Part shown: in pieces, positions 50,901 through 63,908 of the stretch | How positions within the stretch are numbered: the stretch's first letter is position 1 | Layout of the letters: each line of letters opens with the position of its first letter | Assembly: GCA_977030845.1 (NCBI GenBank) | Contig: OZ365115.1 | Coordinates: 18,972,001 to 19,036,000, forward strand | Source of the DNA: Fimbriosthenelais zetlandica | Taxonomy: Eukaryota | Reading direction: 5' to 3' | DNA length: 64,000 bases | Program-made: the position numbers and the translations under genes | The notes under the pieces: generated by a model | The model's database searches: none | Told to the model about the DNA's origin: nothing | Seen by the model: the letters and a program-made list of their open reading frames with translations, nothing else

Positions 50901-53900
50901 TAGTATACATGTGTGTAACATTTCATAGAAATATATGAAAACGCATCAGGGATCCCATTTACTCTATTTAATTTGCCCATCCTTGACTATATTATATATC
51001 TATGATTTACCTAGCAGTTTATACTTTGGTTACATTATGATGCATTTCACTCAATACGTTTATATATATGGAAAATTCCTATCTGAAAAAATTCCGATAT
51101 GACTATACTTTAGACTTGTATGAAGGTCCTTTGAGGCGACAGTGCTGAGACCTAGTGTTCACAACAGGATTCATCCGAGTGTCATTTTCGCTTGAAAATA
51201 CTCCTACAGTTCTATGAAAATACTACCCTGATTCAGACACCAGTAGATCTATGTATACTATTGACAGTTGAATAATGTCTAAATCTGACCGTCACTAAAT
51301 TGGCGTCTCTCCCCATTTAATATTTTTTGTTATGCCCCAGCTGAGTTATGAATTGTTTTTTTTATTTCGGATCAAGTTTCTGCTTACTGATTTTATGCAG
51401 AATGATGTTTTATTAGTTTGCTCGTGTTTGATAGTTCATTGAGTTCACAGTTATCTTTTCCTTAGTTGTATGAAGGCCTCAAAGCTTATTATGGGGTTGA
51501 TGGAAAGATACGACTGTTCCGTCCGACATTGAATATGAAGCGGATGAAGATAACAGCGGAACGTGCAACTTTGCCATATGTGAGTCCCTGTCACCTTTAC
51601 CATGCCTGAAACTAAAAGTCAAGGCATGTGAATGTGACCTATGAAAGGACTGTTGCAGGGTATAATTTACCTGGTATCGCATCGCATTTTGCGACGCAAT
51701 TTGATGTATTTACGATATAAAATCAAATTGTCATCGCAATTTTTGCGATACATGTTTTCTGCATTCTTCAGGTGGTAAAAGAGAAATTGCGATGCAAAAT
51801 CGCTTGATTGGATTCTGACTGCTATGCAAAATTTTTTCAAACCAAAATTATACCCTGTATTTTACTACCACATATGTATATATGACGCTATGGCAGGGAC
51901 ACGGGCAAGACCGCTTAATATTGAATACCACCAAAGATAATATGAGAGCCATCTGACGAGCTTTGCCATGAATGTTTGCATGGCTAATGTATGGTTGAAG
52001 GATGCAATCCTGTCCATTATGCATGATTACAAAGTGGTTCTTTGGACATGCTTAATCTTTTCTGGCTCAAATGCTTCTCTGATCATTAATTTCCTACTTT
52101 TTGTAAAAGGTTGTATTCCCACGTCGAGGGAACTATACTTTTGCCAATACTAAAACTTTACTATACTAAAATTACAATAAGTTGACAAAAAAAACTTAAT
52201 GGTTGAGAGAAATCTGAAAGGAACACAATATGGTAAAGAGGACAATTTTCACGTGTCCATACGTGTGTATAGCTTGCATGATATCACTCCGCTAACGAGA
52301 AGCATGTCATTATGTTTTGCCAATTAAACTGTGCAATAATATGATTGCAACAGGAACGGTTTAATAAATGCTTCACTAATCCTAAGTTGTATTTCCAGAA
52401 GGATTTCTATACTATGAAAGAACTTCTACCAAGTCTACATCAGGAAGCCAATCCTACACCCAACTATCAGTCCGCTGAACGATTCATATATGGCCCAACG
52501 CTCAATTATTGAAAGCCAATTAATATTCTCTCTGCCCTTTGGTTCTCTTTTTCTCTCTTATGAACATAATAGCTATTTGAAGGGATGAAGGCCTACCATG
52601 GAGTGGATGGTGCTATCCGGCTTTTCCGTCCAGATCTCAACATGGTTCGCATGCGAAGCTCAGCTCAGCGTGCATCACTACCTGTGAGTTTTCATAGCAA
52701 ATAGGAAATGTACAAATAATCTAGTAGTGTGCGCATGTCATCTTTCTACTGGTGATACCCTTATTGTGTTCTATTAGATGTTATTTTTGTATTAGAGCCT
52801 GGTGTTGTTTTTTAGATGTTATGCTTGCAGCTTAGATGTTATTTCTTATTTGCTATAATTATGTTAGTTGTTTTTTAGATGTTATGTTTAGATGTTATTT
52901 TTTACTTGATGTAATTATGTTAGTTGAATTTATTTCGTTTATTATCATAAGAGTACAGTTTAATGTGCAGTTCTGCAAGCATTTCATACATTTCTGTTCT
53001 TACAATGCATTATTTTTATATCATTTTCAAAATAAAGTTGTTTTGAAAGTGATATAATGAAACCATATATTTGGATTGTCCCAAGTAAAGGAACAGATTC
53101 CGTTCTCTCGTCATTCTTGGAACATGAAACTATAAACTGTGATATTCTTCTGGAATTTCATCTTCAAATGTGCATATATATGGTGTCTTAATTTATTCAT
53201 AAGATTCCTTGTCTACACACCCACTTGCATTATTGCATGATTTGTTAAGTAGTCTATAGTATGTAGTTACTTAACTTATTGAACTTCTTGGTCGACTTCT
53301 GTCCGAGAAGTGGTATTGGAGGGGGTATGCCCCGAGAGTGAATGGGAGGTGGACCCGAGGGCTTTAGCCCGAGGGTTTCCCCCGTGCCATTCACCCGAGG
53401 TGCAGACAAGCACCAATACGACTTTGAGTTCAATTCTCTATTAATGCTATCCATTCCAAAATGTCATAGAAATTATAGGAATTACTTAAGTTGACATCAG
53501 AACCACGCAAATCAGAGAACAGAAAATTAGGGCAAAATGTATCAAGCAGGCAGGTGATATCATATGATGGTATCACCCACCTTAATCATATCAAGGCCCA
53601 ATTCTAATCTTATGGGCAACACATTTTAAGGAGATCACAAATAAGATGTTTCAACATATATGTCAATTACTCTTCATAATTTGAGCCTTTTGGCTTTATG
53701 TCCTACTCATGTAAATAATAGTCTGGCTTTATGTATATGATTCTTTGCAGGGTCTTGATTCCTTATAAATAATGCTGATTCTATTGTAAATTTTCTTTGA
53801 ATCTCGTCTTCTGTAGACTGTATAATATTTAGCCTATTCTATGTTTATTCAGTTTGGACCTGTTGAGGATAGTGTGTTCATCGGGTGGTGGGTGCTATGC

Positions 53901-56900
53901 TATGCATTAGATGGCTTCTCTACTACTATCATTTGATTGTATAAATATGTTCATCAGGAATTTTATTATAATTCGAAGAAATTATGATTGATTAAATGAA
54001 AAAGACCATTTAACTACTGACAATAGTATTGTTATAATAGAAAATAAAGTGAAAGTATCTCTAGGGTTCAAGATTTTCATAAATTAATGCTGCTGTTTCA
54101 CTGATGATTTCTGACTAATAATGATTAATAACTCTCCATCGTTTATTTCTATGCTTTAGGACTTTGATTCTACAGAGCTGATTAGCTGTATGAAGAAGTT
54201 GGTCAGTATTGACAAGCGGTTTGTACCCCAATCCACAGAAGCCTCTCTCTACATACGCCCCTGTTTAATAGGGACTGAGGTAAATATCTCTCAGATAACG
54301 TTATATATAAGCAAAGCCATATTAGTTTTCCTTCAATTTAGGGTTCCCAGCGACTCTGGAAAACCTGGAAAATGAGTTTCAATGTTTTCCTTACAGGGAA
54401 AAATCCGGGAATTTGAGGAAAACTAGAAAAATCAGGGGAAACTCGGGAATTTGAACACTAACTAAGAATGATAATCTTTCGGAGGTTGACGAGTACCATT
54501 CCATGCCCGCCACTTAAGTTTAGAGTGCTTCATATAACTAAAATATCTTCTGGAATTTAAGGGCTTACTCAGGGAAAACTCGGGGAATTCTGTTTTAATT
54601 ATGTAACACGTGATATAGAAAGGGAGTTGATGTGTTCGTCTTATTCAGAAGTACAAATACTTTGAGGATGTATTGATGATTCGTTGTATTTTTCCTGGTT
54701 TTCTGTGAATTCTTAAGAATACTTTATGATATATGATTAGGTGACGAGGGTTTAATCCTAGGGGTCCAAATTTAAAAAAATGTTCCTTCAGTACTATTTT
54801 ACCGCCGGTATAATGAAAAAAGAATTTAAAAATGTCTTTATATATGTTGGTTATATGGATTCCTATATATGTTGCAGCCAACTCTAGGTGTGACAAAAAC
54901 CAATGACGCCAAATTATTCATTATTACCGGGCCTGTGGGGCCATACTACCCTACTGGTTTCAAACCCGTTACTCTTCTTGCTGACCCTCAATATGTCCGA
55001 GCATTTGAGGGAGGATGTGGACGTTACAAAATGGGCGCGTAAGTAATAAAATATTTAGATCGACTGCATGGATTCAAATTTCACAAATAAAAATAGCAAT
55101 GATGAATAAAAATGAGTTTATTAAAAGACAAATGAAAAAAAGCTACCGTATTTGCCGGTGTATATGCCGCACCTTTTTACCCTAGAAATGACCCAAATCG
55201 CGGCCTGCGGCTTATACAACGGTGCCGTTTATATTATGCATTTTTCTCCCTTCGGTCTAAGTTTGGTGGATGACTAAAAATGAGTTTGTTAAATGACAAA
55301 TGGAAAAATACCGGTACACGTTCGGAACCTTACTGTAGGCCTATTTATGAAATTGGGTTTAATTCGTGAGAGTTTTTTTTTTCAGAAACTATGCCCCCAC
55401 AATCTACATTCAGATTGAAGCACTTAAGAAGCACAACTGCCAGCAGGTGCTTTGGTTGTACGGCCCTGATCAGAAAATTACTGAGGTGGGAACCATGAAC
55501 TTCTTCATGTACTGGAAAAATGAACGAGGAGGTATGTACTATGTAGATTCCTTGATAGATCTGTCTCAGTTTGTCAGCGACTCTGACAATCAGGGAAAAC
55601 CAGGAAAATGAGTTTCACTTTTTTCAGACAGGGAAAACTCAGGGAATTTGAGAAAAACTGGAAAAATCAGGGAAAACACAGGCAAACTTCAACACTGACT
55701 CAGAACGGTAATCTTTCGGAGGTTGACTTATACAATCGCATGCCCGCCACTGAAGTTCAGAGTGCTTCATTAGATTAAAATATCTCCTGGAATTTAAGGG
55801 TTTACTCAGGGAAAAATCAGGGAATTCTGTTTTCATGAACTGCTGGGAACCCTGATAGATTTTTCTCAGTTCATGGTTAATTTATAATGTGACTTTGTAA
55901 AATGATCTAATCACCGAAATTTGTTGACCTATCCAGAGAAGGAATTAGTCACTCCTCCCCTTGACTCGGGAACTATTCTCCCAGGAATTACGCGAAGAAG
56001 TCTACTAGACATGGCCAGAGAATGGGTAGGCCCTTAAAGTTTAAATTTTATCCATTATTTTCATCTCATTATTAATTGTCAAAGAGAAGACTACATTGCT
56101 GTTTCACTGAATCCGCTTTTATATTTTCAGAACGACTTTAAAGTGTCAGAACGTGAGATAACCATGGCAGAATTAATACAAGGCGTTCAGGAAAAGAGAG
56201 TGAGTAATCGTTGACTCTCGAAATTCTGGTTAATTCTAGTTAATACCTTTTCTTGATTGTCATCAATTACTGCTTGAAACAGCTAAAAATTGAGTCATAT
56301 CACAGAGTTCCCAGTGACTCTGGAAATTAGGGAAAACCTGGAAAATTAGCTTCACCTTTTCCAGACAGGGAAAACTCAGGAAATTTGAGAAAAACTGAAA
56401 AAAAAATACTCGGGGCATTTCAACGCTGACTCAGAAGGATAATCTTTTGGAGGTTGACCCGAACAATCCCATGCCCGCCACTGAAGTTTAGAGGGCTTCA
56501 TATCACTATAATATCTCCTGGTATTTAAGGGCTTACTCAGGGAATTCTGTTTTCATGAACTTCTGGGAAGCCTGTATTATATATTTTCGTACTTTTCTAG
56601 GTACTCGAGCTATTCGGTGCTGGCACAGCTTGCGTTGTTTCCGCCATTGAAAAGATTATCTACCAAGGCAAGCCAGTACACATACCCACCATGGAGGAGG
56701 GTGCTCCTCTCACCAACCGATTCCTCAAGGAACTCACCGACATTCAGGTAAAGTGTTATCACTTGTCAAGACACGCCTACATCTCTGTTATTTTGGGGGA
56801 AGTGGGAAAAACACTAGTATCACTACAGGGTTCCCAGCGACTCTAGAAATCAAGAAAAACCTGGAAAATGATTTTCACTTTTTCCAGACAGGGAAAACTC

Positions 56901-57274
56901 AGGGAATTTGAGAAAAACTGAAAACAAAATCAGGGAAAACTCAGGGAATTTCAATACTGACTCAAATGGATTGACGCGTACAAGGACTAAAATATCTCCT
57001 TGTTGAATTTAAGGGAAATCTCAAGGAATTCTGTTTTCGTGAACTGCTGGGAACCCTGCTGTGACAAATATTCTATATTTTTTAACCAAATGTATTTCAG
57101 GATAAATAATTCCATTTTTCTTCTTATAAAACCCTAAATGATATCAATAAAAAATGTCCTAAAACTAAAAAAAATGATTTCTTTCCGTTAATGTACATTT
57201 TAGGAATCTCAATGATTTTGTTTTTCTTCCAGTATGGACGCAAGCCCAGCCCCTGGGTGGTGACCGTGGAATAA
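35931..57274 (+). CDS. BCAT: Branched-chain amino-acid aminotransferase (fold type IV PLP enzyme), 11 coding exons with duplicated exon 4; 402 aa (4b) or 403 aa (4a)
   Basis: Exons 35931-35951, 41045-41146, 50590-50790, [51466-51579 or 52573-52683], 54160-54279, 54878-55038, 55386-55531, 55937-56025, 56131-56199, 56601-56747, 57233-57274. All GT-AG with consistent phases. Motifs HYAVE-LFEG-KAY, SLYIRP, YKMGANY (PLP lysine), [26 protein letters not shown]. Confidence 0.97.
37606..37905. mobile_element. MITE in BCAT intron 1 (second family member at about 40196-40420)
   Basis: Termini caaggttccc / gggaacctg; direct repeat atatg at 37601-37605 and 37906-37910; internal sequence shared with 40196-40420. 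Confidence 0.7.
39731..40788. mobile_element. Non-autonomous Tc1/mariner (pogo/Tigger-like) element with a nested MITE
   Basis: 24-bp TIR cagtcagacctcgt(t/g)aatccggac, TA duplication (39729-39730, 40789-40790), subterminal atccgga repeats, no transposase ORF. Confidence 0.8.
41045..41146 (+). CDS. BCAT: BCAT exon 2 (mitochondrial presequence-like, [34 protein letters not shown])
   Basis: Strong acceptor ttttctttttcag, donor AAG|GTAAGA; Arg/Ser-rich, no acidic residues, ends in FK like other BCATs. Confidence 0.9.
41174..41436. repeat. Interspersed repeat, copy A (inverted partner at 47449-47707)
   Basis: About 260 bp alignable by eye to the reverse complement of 47449-47707 (e.g. gtagagcgagcccagaca / tgtctgggctcgctctac). 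Confidence 0.8.
41476..41852. mobile_element. MITE with CAGGGTT...AACCCT termini
   Basis: cagggttcg ... cgaaccct ends and internal cctggaaa repeats, similar in style to the 54-57 kb family. Confidence 0.55.
42318..42514. mobile_element. MITE, copy A (inverted partner at 51656-51857)
   Basis: Termini cagggtttaatt / aattataccttg; interior is the reverse complement of 51656-51857. Confidence 0.75.
43979..44153. mobile_element. Degenerate TA-CCGTATT-type Tc1/pogo MITE (relative at about 55146-55315)
   Basis: Left end taccgtatttaccggcgtattta with a decayed inverted copy near 44135-44155; similar start at 55144. Confidence 0.45.
47449..47707. repeat. Interspersed repeat, copy B (inverted relative to 41174-41436)
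   Basis: See copy A. Confidence 0.8.
50265..50404. other. Assembly gap (140 N) in BCAT intron 2
   Basis: Run of N. Confidence 1.
50590..50790 (+). CDS. BCAT: BCAT exon 3
   Basis: FTDLQIETV...[10 protein letters not shown]...[11 protein letters not shown]; 201 nt, phase 0-0. Confidence 0.97.
51466..51579 (+). CDS. BCAT: BCAT exon 4a ([38 protein letters not shown])
   Basis: Acceptor ttatcttttccttag, donor TAT|GTGAGT, 114 nt, no stops, phase 0-0. Confidence 0.9.
51656..51857. mobile_element. MITE, copy B, between exons 4a and 4b
   Basis: Termini cagggtataatt / aattataccctg; inverted copy of 42318-42514. Confidence 0.8.
52573..52683 (+). CDS. BCAT: BCAT exon 4b ([37 protein letters not shown])
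   Basis: Long pyrimidine tract then ataatag acceptor, donor CCT|GTGAGT, 111 nt, no stops, phase 0-0. Confidence 0.92.
54160..54279 (+). CDS. BCAT: BCAT exon 5
   Basis: [10 protein letters not shown]...[13 protein letters not shown]; 120 nt. Confidence 0.97.
54878..55038 (+). CDS. BCAT: BCAT exon 6 (contains the PLP lysine, YKMG)
   Basis: PTLGVTK...GPVGPYY...[15 protein letters not shown]; 161 nt, phase 0-2. Confidence 0.97.
55386..55531 (+). CDS. BCAT: BCAT exon 7
   Basis: NYAPT...QQVLWLYG...EVGTMNFF; 146 nt, phase 2-1. Confidence 0.97.
55937..56025 (+). CDS. BCAT: BCAT exon 8
   Basis: [28 protein letters not shown]; 89 nt, phase 1-0. Confidence 0.97.
56131..56199 (+). CDS. BCAT: BCAT exon 9
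   Basis: [23 protein letters not shown]; 69 nt. Confidence 0.96.
56601..56747 (+). CDS. BCAT: BCAT exon 10
   Basis: [16 protein letters not shown]...IPTMEEG...LTDIQ; 147 nt. Confidence 0.97.
57233..57274 (+). CDS. BCAT: BCAT exon 11 (terminal)
   Basis: [13 protein letters not shown] after the acceptor tttttcttccag. Confidence 0.95.
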   Translation, partial: YGRKPSPWVVTVE

Positions 57275-60200
57275 AGACCTCTTTAATTTTCTAACATCTG
57301 TGATGATCCATCAAGTTCAGCAGGCAGAGGCTAAGCTACAACTAAATCTGAATAAGCAATGTACTGAACGAGTACAATACATAATTTAACATATGACTTA
57401 ATACATACTAGCCTACCATTTATTCAATGAAATTAAGGATGAATCGTTGGTCATGGAAAAGTGTTTTCAAGAAGTGTTTTTTTTGGGGAAATCAAAACTT
57501 AGGGATTGGGTTCATGACTCCCATGTCCCTTCGTATGACCTTTAGTTGGGTTTAAATGAATATTTTATGTAAATAATTGAATTTAGGGTATTTATTCCTA
57601 AATATCGCTACTGCGCTAAATTAAGACAAGTATAGGCCATGCATGTTAGCCTTTTTACTGACTTGTTGCAGGCTTGAGAGGAAAAGAAATACTCCAGAAA
57701 ATATCATGAACCAATTTTTGGGCGCATAACTTTATTGCAATGCTGAGCAAAAACTTGACAATAGAAAATCTCCACAACTAGAGTATGTGAGTGCGACATG
57801 GAAGTACTTATCTTTAGTATGCACTTTATATTTTATACTTGTGATGCAAACTTGGTAGTTTAGGGATCAAGGAAGGAAGCATCAGGACCACTGTGGTATT
57901 GTATAGATGTATAGTCAATGACCAAGATTGCAGGGTATAAGAATCTCATAAAGCTCTTAAGAAATAGTCATTATTGTTATTTAATATTAAATAATATAAG
58001 GCATAGTCCTGTTAAGAGATTGGATAAGAGAAAAAATATCTGAGAAAGAAAACTTGAGGATGAAGGATCATGTATAGGGTTTAGGGAGTGACTGGTCCTA
58101 TTTGTTGAATGGTTGTTTTGCTGTCCAGTAGATAGATGTTGGACTGCTTTAGTTGGGTTTGAGTGCGTAGCACGGACAGAATAATATAAGCTTACCAACG
58201 TTATCAGAGGACCATCGCCTCTCACGTAATAAATTTCTATAAATTATAACATTGTTTATGAGCCTGCTGTATGTGACCCGGTAAGTGTATTGTGAAAAAA
58301 TTTACACATTAAAATTTACATATGTCAGAATTATAAGTAAGCTATTGTTTAAAAATGGAATTGTTGATGTAATTTGTGTTTCTAGTTATGGAGTCATGTA
58401 TATTTAACCTACCGGTAATTAATTTGGCACGGCTGTGATTTAAGTCCTTTTTTTTTTTATAATCTACACCAAATTATTATTTTGAAAGTTCTGGGATTCA
58501 AACTGAAATGGCTTTTCAACAGCAAATTTTATTTCATCTTTTCCTTTGTGTTAATGAAGGTTATTATTTATTCATGCTGGACTTTTTGGCGCATGTATAT
58601 CTATTCAGTTAAGTTTGTGATTTTAAGTTATAACATTCAGCCACATGCAACTGGTTGTTGTCCATAATATTATATTGATCTTCCCCATGCTACTCAGATT
58701 CATCAAACATATCAACCGTTAAAATATACTGTTGTTTTCTATTACGGACCGATACTTAGACTTTTGCAAGGTTGTCCATTTAGCATGTCAAATGATAAGA
58801 TAGCCAACGTGACAATATAATTATACTGTAAAGACCCTGCAAAATTATCATGAAATAATTTAGTATTATTGACGAAATTAATCTGATGGTATTAAAAAAT
58901 ACTTGCCACATTTATATTCGATAGGTTTCCTAAAAGAAGTTCTTGTTTATTCCCTAGAGAAAGTATTACTAACTTAGATGCAAGTGGTTGTATCTTTCCC
59001 AATAATTTCATATTTCCCTTCGTCCATTTTTGGTACATTGCTTCCCAAGAACCAAATCCAAACATTATTTCGTAAGCAATACGTTTAGCAATAAGAAACG
59101 CATGTCTGAAATGAGAGAATTTTGTAGCTTTCATGAAGTCCAATTGAACTTTGAGGTCCAAGTTATGAAAGAATCTTTCGTACTTTGAATTGATGAATCA
59201 AGTGAAAAATTGGTCAAATTGGAAGTTTCCTCTCAGTATGAATTATAATGCTTATACATGTACATACATGCATAATGGAATAACCAGAAAGTATTACATG
59301 TATATCACTAACCTTCTCACCCCGGTGTGATATATAGTTTGAAAATCAACGTCCTGTCTTTCAGGGTTTTCCCGAAAGACATTTACCCGGTATTGAATCA
59401 TTTTTTTGGGATATTTTGAGGATAAATCAAAACTAATTATAGAAGGCAAGATATAGTTGTGGGAGATGCATTGTTGTTTCTGTAAATGTAGGGTATTAAG
59501 ATCTGACCATGCCAACCGTTTCTATACATTTGTGTTGAACTCCTTAGCAGTTGTGATTTCACATCGTGGACTTAATGTACTAGTGAATTTACTTATATAT
59601 CTTTACTTATGTTTTATGCCAAGCAAACAACGTGTAACTTTATTGCCACTCACACTGATCAAAGGCTAGTAATGTTGCATTTACTTCGCAAGCTATCGTT
59701 TGAATTTAATACTGCTATGTTACTGCAAGAGTTTTGCCACTATAATCACGCATAATAATGTATAACACTAATAAAATTTAATCACGAATATTCTAAGTTA
59801 TCAGTTTTGATTATAAATCTTGCTGAAATGACATTACGAGACAGACGATTCGATACCTTTTTATATATTGTAATACTTCAGCTTTATTGAAAAGATTTGT
59901 CGACAGCAAGTTCCCACCATCCATCTCATCTCTTACATAAATAAATTACTCTTTATATTGAGAAATATTCATTCATATCATAAAGAAAACCTAGAAGCAA
60001 TATCTTACTATTCCTCAAAAATGATTTTATGGATTCCCAACTAGGTTTTCTTTCCTGTAAGACTGTTAGCAATCAATTTAATATTAATAAAACACATTTA
60101 ATATTAATAAAACACAATTCCAAATTGGATGAATCTAAAGCCGAAACAATATCCAGGATAAAGAGATACCAGGAATACAACATATCTAATTTAAGCCCTA

Positions 60201-61038
60201 ATAAATCTGTATGACTGTACATATTCCACTGCCATAATAATATTGGGAAATCTTAGTGGTGATCAAGACTAGATGGTGACCGTATGCAAATGCGAATAGA
60301 CCTTTAGAACGTATTCCCTCCAAGAACGAGGGAACAATTCTTTATGCACTTACAAATTCAGGCCTCTTTTACGAAAACCGACTATCCAAATAGAAAATAT
60401 TAAAACAGTCGTTTTCATTAGAGACCAATGTATTTGAATCCTAATTCAGCATACATAGCAATAGGAATGTTACATTCTATACATATAAACCATCCTTAAC
60501 ACCACCCTGAAATATATACAATCAAATTGACGGCTTATAATGTGTTTTTTTTTCACTGTAAAATTCCCCCATTTTCTAAATAAATATACTACATCTGGCA
60601 ACAAGACATCGAAGCAAAACCCACCACATTATTTACAAGCAAGCCACTAGTATTATGATTTTGTAGTACAGTGGCAAAAATCACAAGAATGAGTTGTTTA
60701 TATATATATTATATATAAAAACGTTTGTAACTAAGATACAAGACATATCTTCACATCCAGGGACCAGGGGACAATTTTTCAAACACGAGGAACAAACTTG
60801 CAACAGGTCATATGAGGGAAGTACATGGATATGGTCAGCGCACAATGCTTGACCAGGAAAACATAATGTACAAATTTGTTTCGTCAAAACTAAATGAATG
60901 TTTGTTCTAGAGGGAGAAAATGTCTACTGGTAATCATATCGAAAATACAGGGTACCATTTTTATGAAACGTACAAATAACAAGTGCTTATTTTCAGACAG
61001 CTTAATCAGATGGTTCTTGTTCAGCTCGTTCAGATGAC

Positions 61039-62863
<1,825 letters not shown>

Positions 62864-63194
62864 GGCCTAAATATGGAAATAAAGGGAAAATTTCCACACG
62901 ATCTATATCAACTGATCTCAACTCCGTCTGTTTAGAGTGGAAACGTGTACACCTCCAATGCGCATGCGTGCAGATGACTCATTTGTAAATCAGTTTCGTA
63001 TAAAATTTGCTTGTGGAAAATAAAATAAGTTAAGTGCCTTTCTAGGTAAATAGACAGATACACTCGTGCGTACATTGTTTGTAAAAGACATACAAGGATG
63101 ATTTAATCATTTACTTTCTTCTAGAAGTGGAAAATAAATTATACTAAACTACTCTCCGAATGCTAACTCCGTTGCATACGCTACACCAAACAAG
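62864..63194. promoter_or_regulatory. Bidirectional promoter between ARL1 and the SR gene
   Basis: Start codons diverge 331 bp apart; NRF1-type palindrome TGCGCATGCG at 62959-62968. Confidence 0.7.
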
Positions 63195-63318
63195 ATGTCT
63201 AGACGTTCAGGATCAGGGAAACTATTTATTGGCCGATTAAGCAAACGAGCCAATAGCAGAGATCTGGAGGAAGTATTTGAACATTATGGCAGACTTGCTA
63301 GATGCGATATAAAGTATG
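63195..63318 (+). CDS. Serine/arginine-rich splicing factor-like RRM protein, exon 1 (gene continues beyond the window)
   Basis: CAAG ATG; MSRRSGSGKLFIGRLSKRANSRDLEEVFEHYGRLARCDIKY with RNP2-like LFIGRL; donor G|GTAAGT. Exact subfamily not assignable. Confidence 0.85.
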
Positions 63319-63908
63319 GTAAGTGGCGATCGTCTCGTTAATTTAGAGATTTTCGTACTCCCGTCAGGCCGAGCTCCCTCCTCCTGCCACCACCCACTTT
63401 GCCTTTGGCAGCCATCTTGGACTTGGCCTAGATCAGTAGATGAGGGACAGAAAAAATTATGGCCCTATCATGTCCGCTAAAACAAGAATACGGGGGTCAT
63501 TATCGCTTATTATTACATGTGGAAATGTGTTTCCTTTACAGTAAATTTAACATTAGAGACTCTTAGACTTAGTCTAGTCTCCAGTCCAGAGTTTAATGTG
63601 TTATTGTTAACACCCCCCGCCATCGGGGCCAGACTACTGTCTGACTAGCCTCTAGGCCCTAGTAAGGCCTGGATCTATGACTACTGATTTTTAAATCATG
63701 TACATGGGCCTTGTCAACTCTAAGTTAGTGTTGACAATAATTGTTTTATTGTGTCGTTAAAATTAAATGTTTTAGTGGCAAAAGTTTAGTTTGACAATTC
63801 CAGTTATAGTTATAGTATACGATACTTATAGTTATATTATACGGTACCTGGTACGTAGATCTATTAAAGTTAAGGACTGTTTTAAAATGTGTTTTTTTGT
63901 GCTTGCAG

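Larger units (their letters stand above)
54339..57058. mobile_element. Four same-orientation copies of one ~250-300 bp MITE family (54339-54600, 55561-55854, 56303-56574, 56826-57058)
   Basis: Shared cagggttcccagcgactctg ... cagggaaaactcagggaattt ... ctgggaaccctg; the copy at 55561 is flanked by atagat on both sides. Confidence 0.85.

Noticed and set aside
51466-52683. Exon 4a/4b as allelic duplicates from misassembly
   Set aside because: Only 26/37 aa identical with heavy synonymous divergence and non-homologous flanking introns; far beyond allelic variation.
57270-57275. AATAAA overlapping the BCAT stop codon as the poly(A) signal
   Set aside because: Easily arises from GAA TAA A; no way to place the cleavage site from sequence alone.
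63368-63480. Poison exon in SR gene intron 1
   Set aside because: The candidate acceptor would leave a 49-nt intron and no good donor follows.
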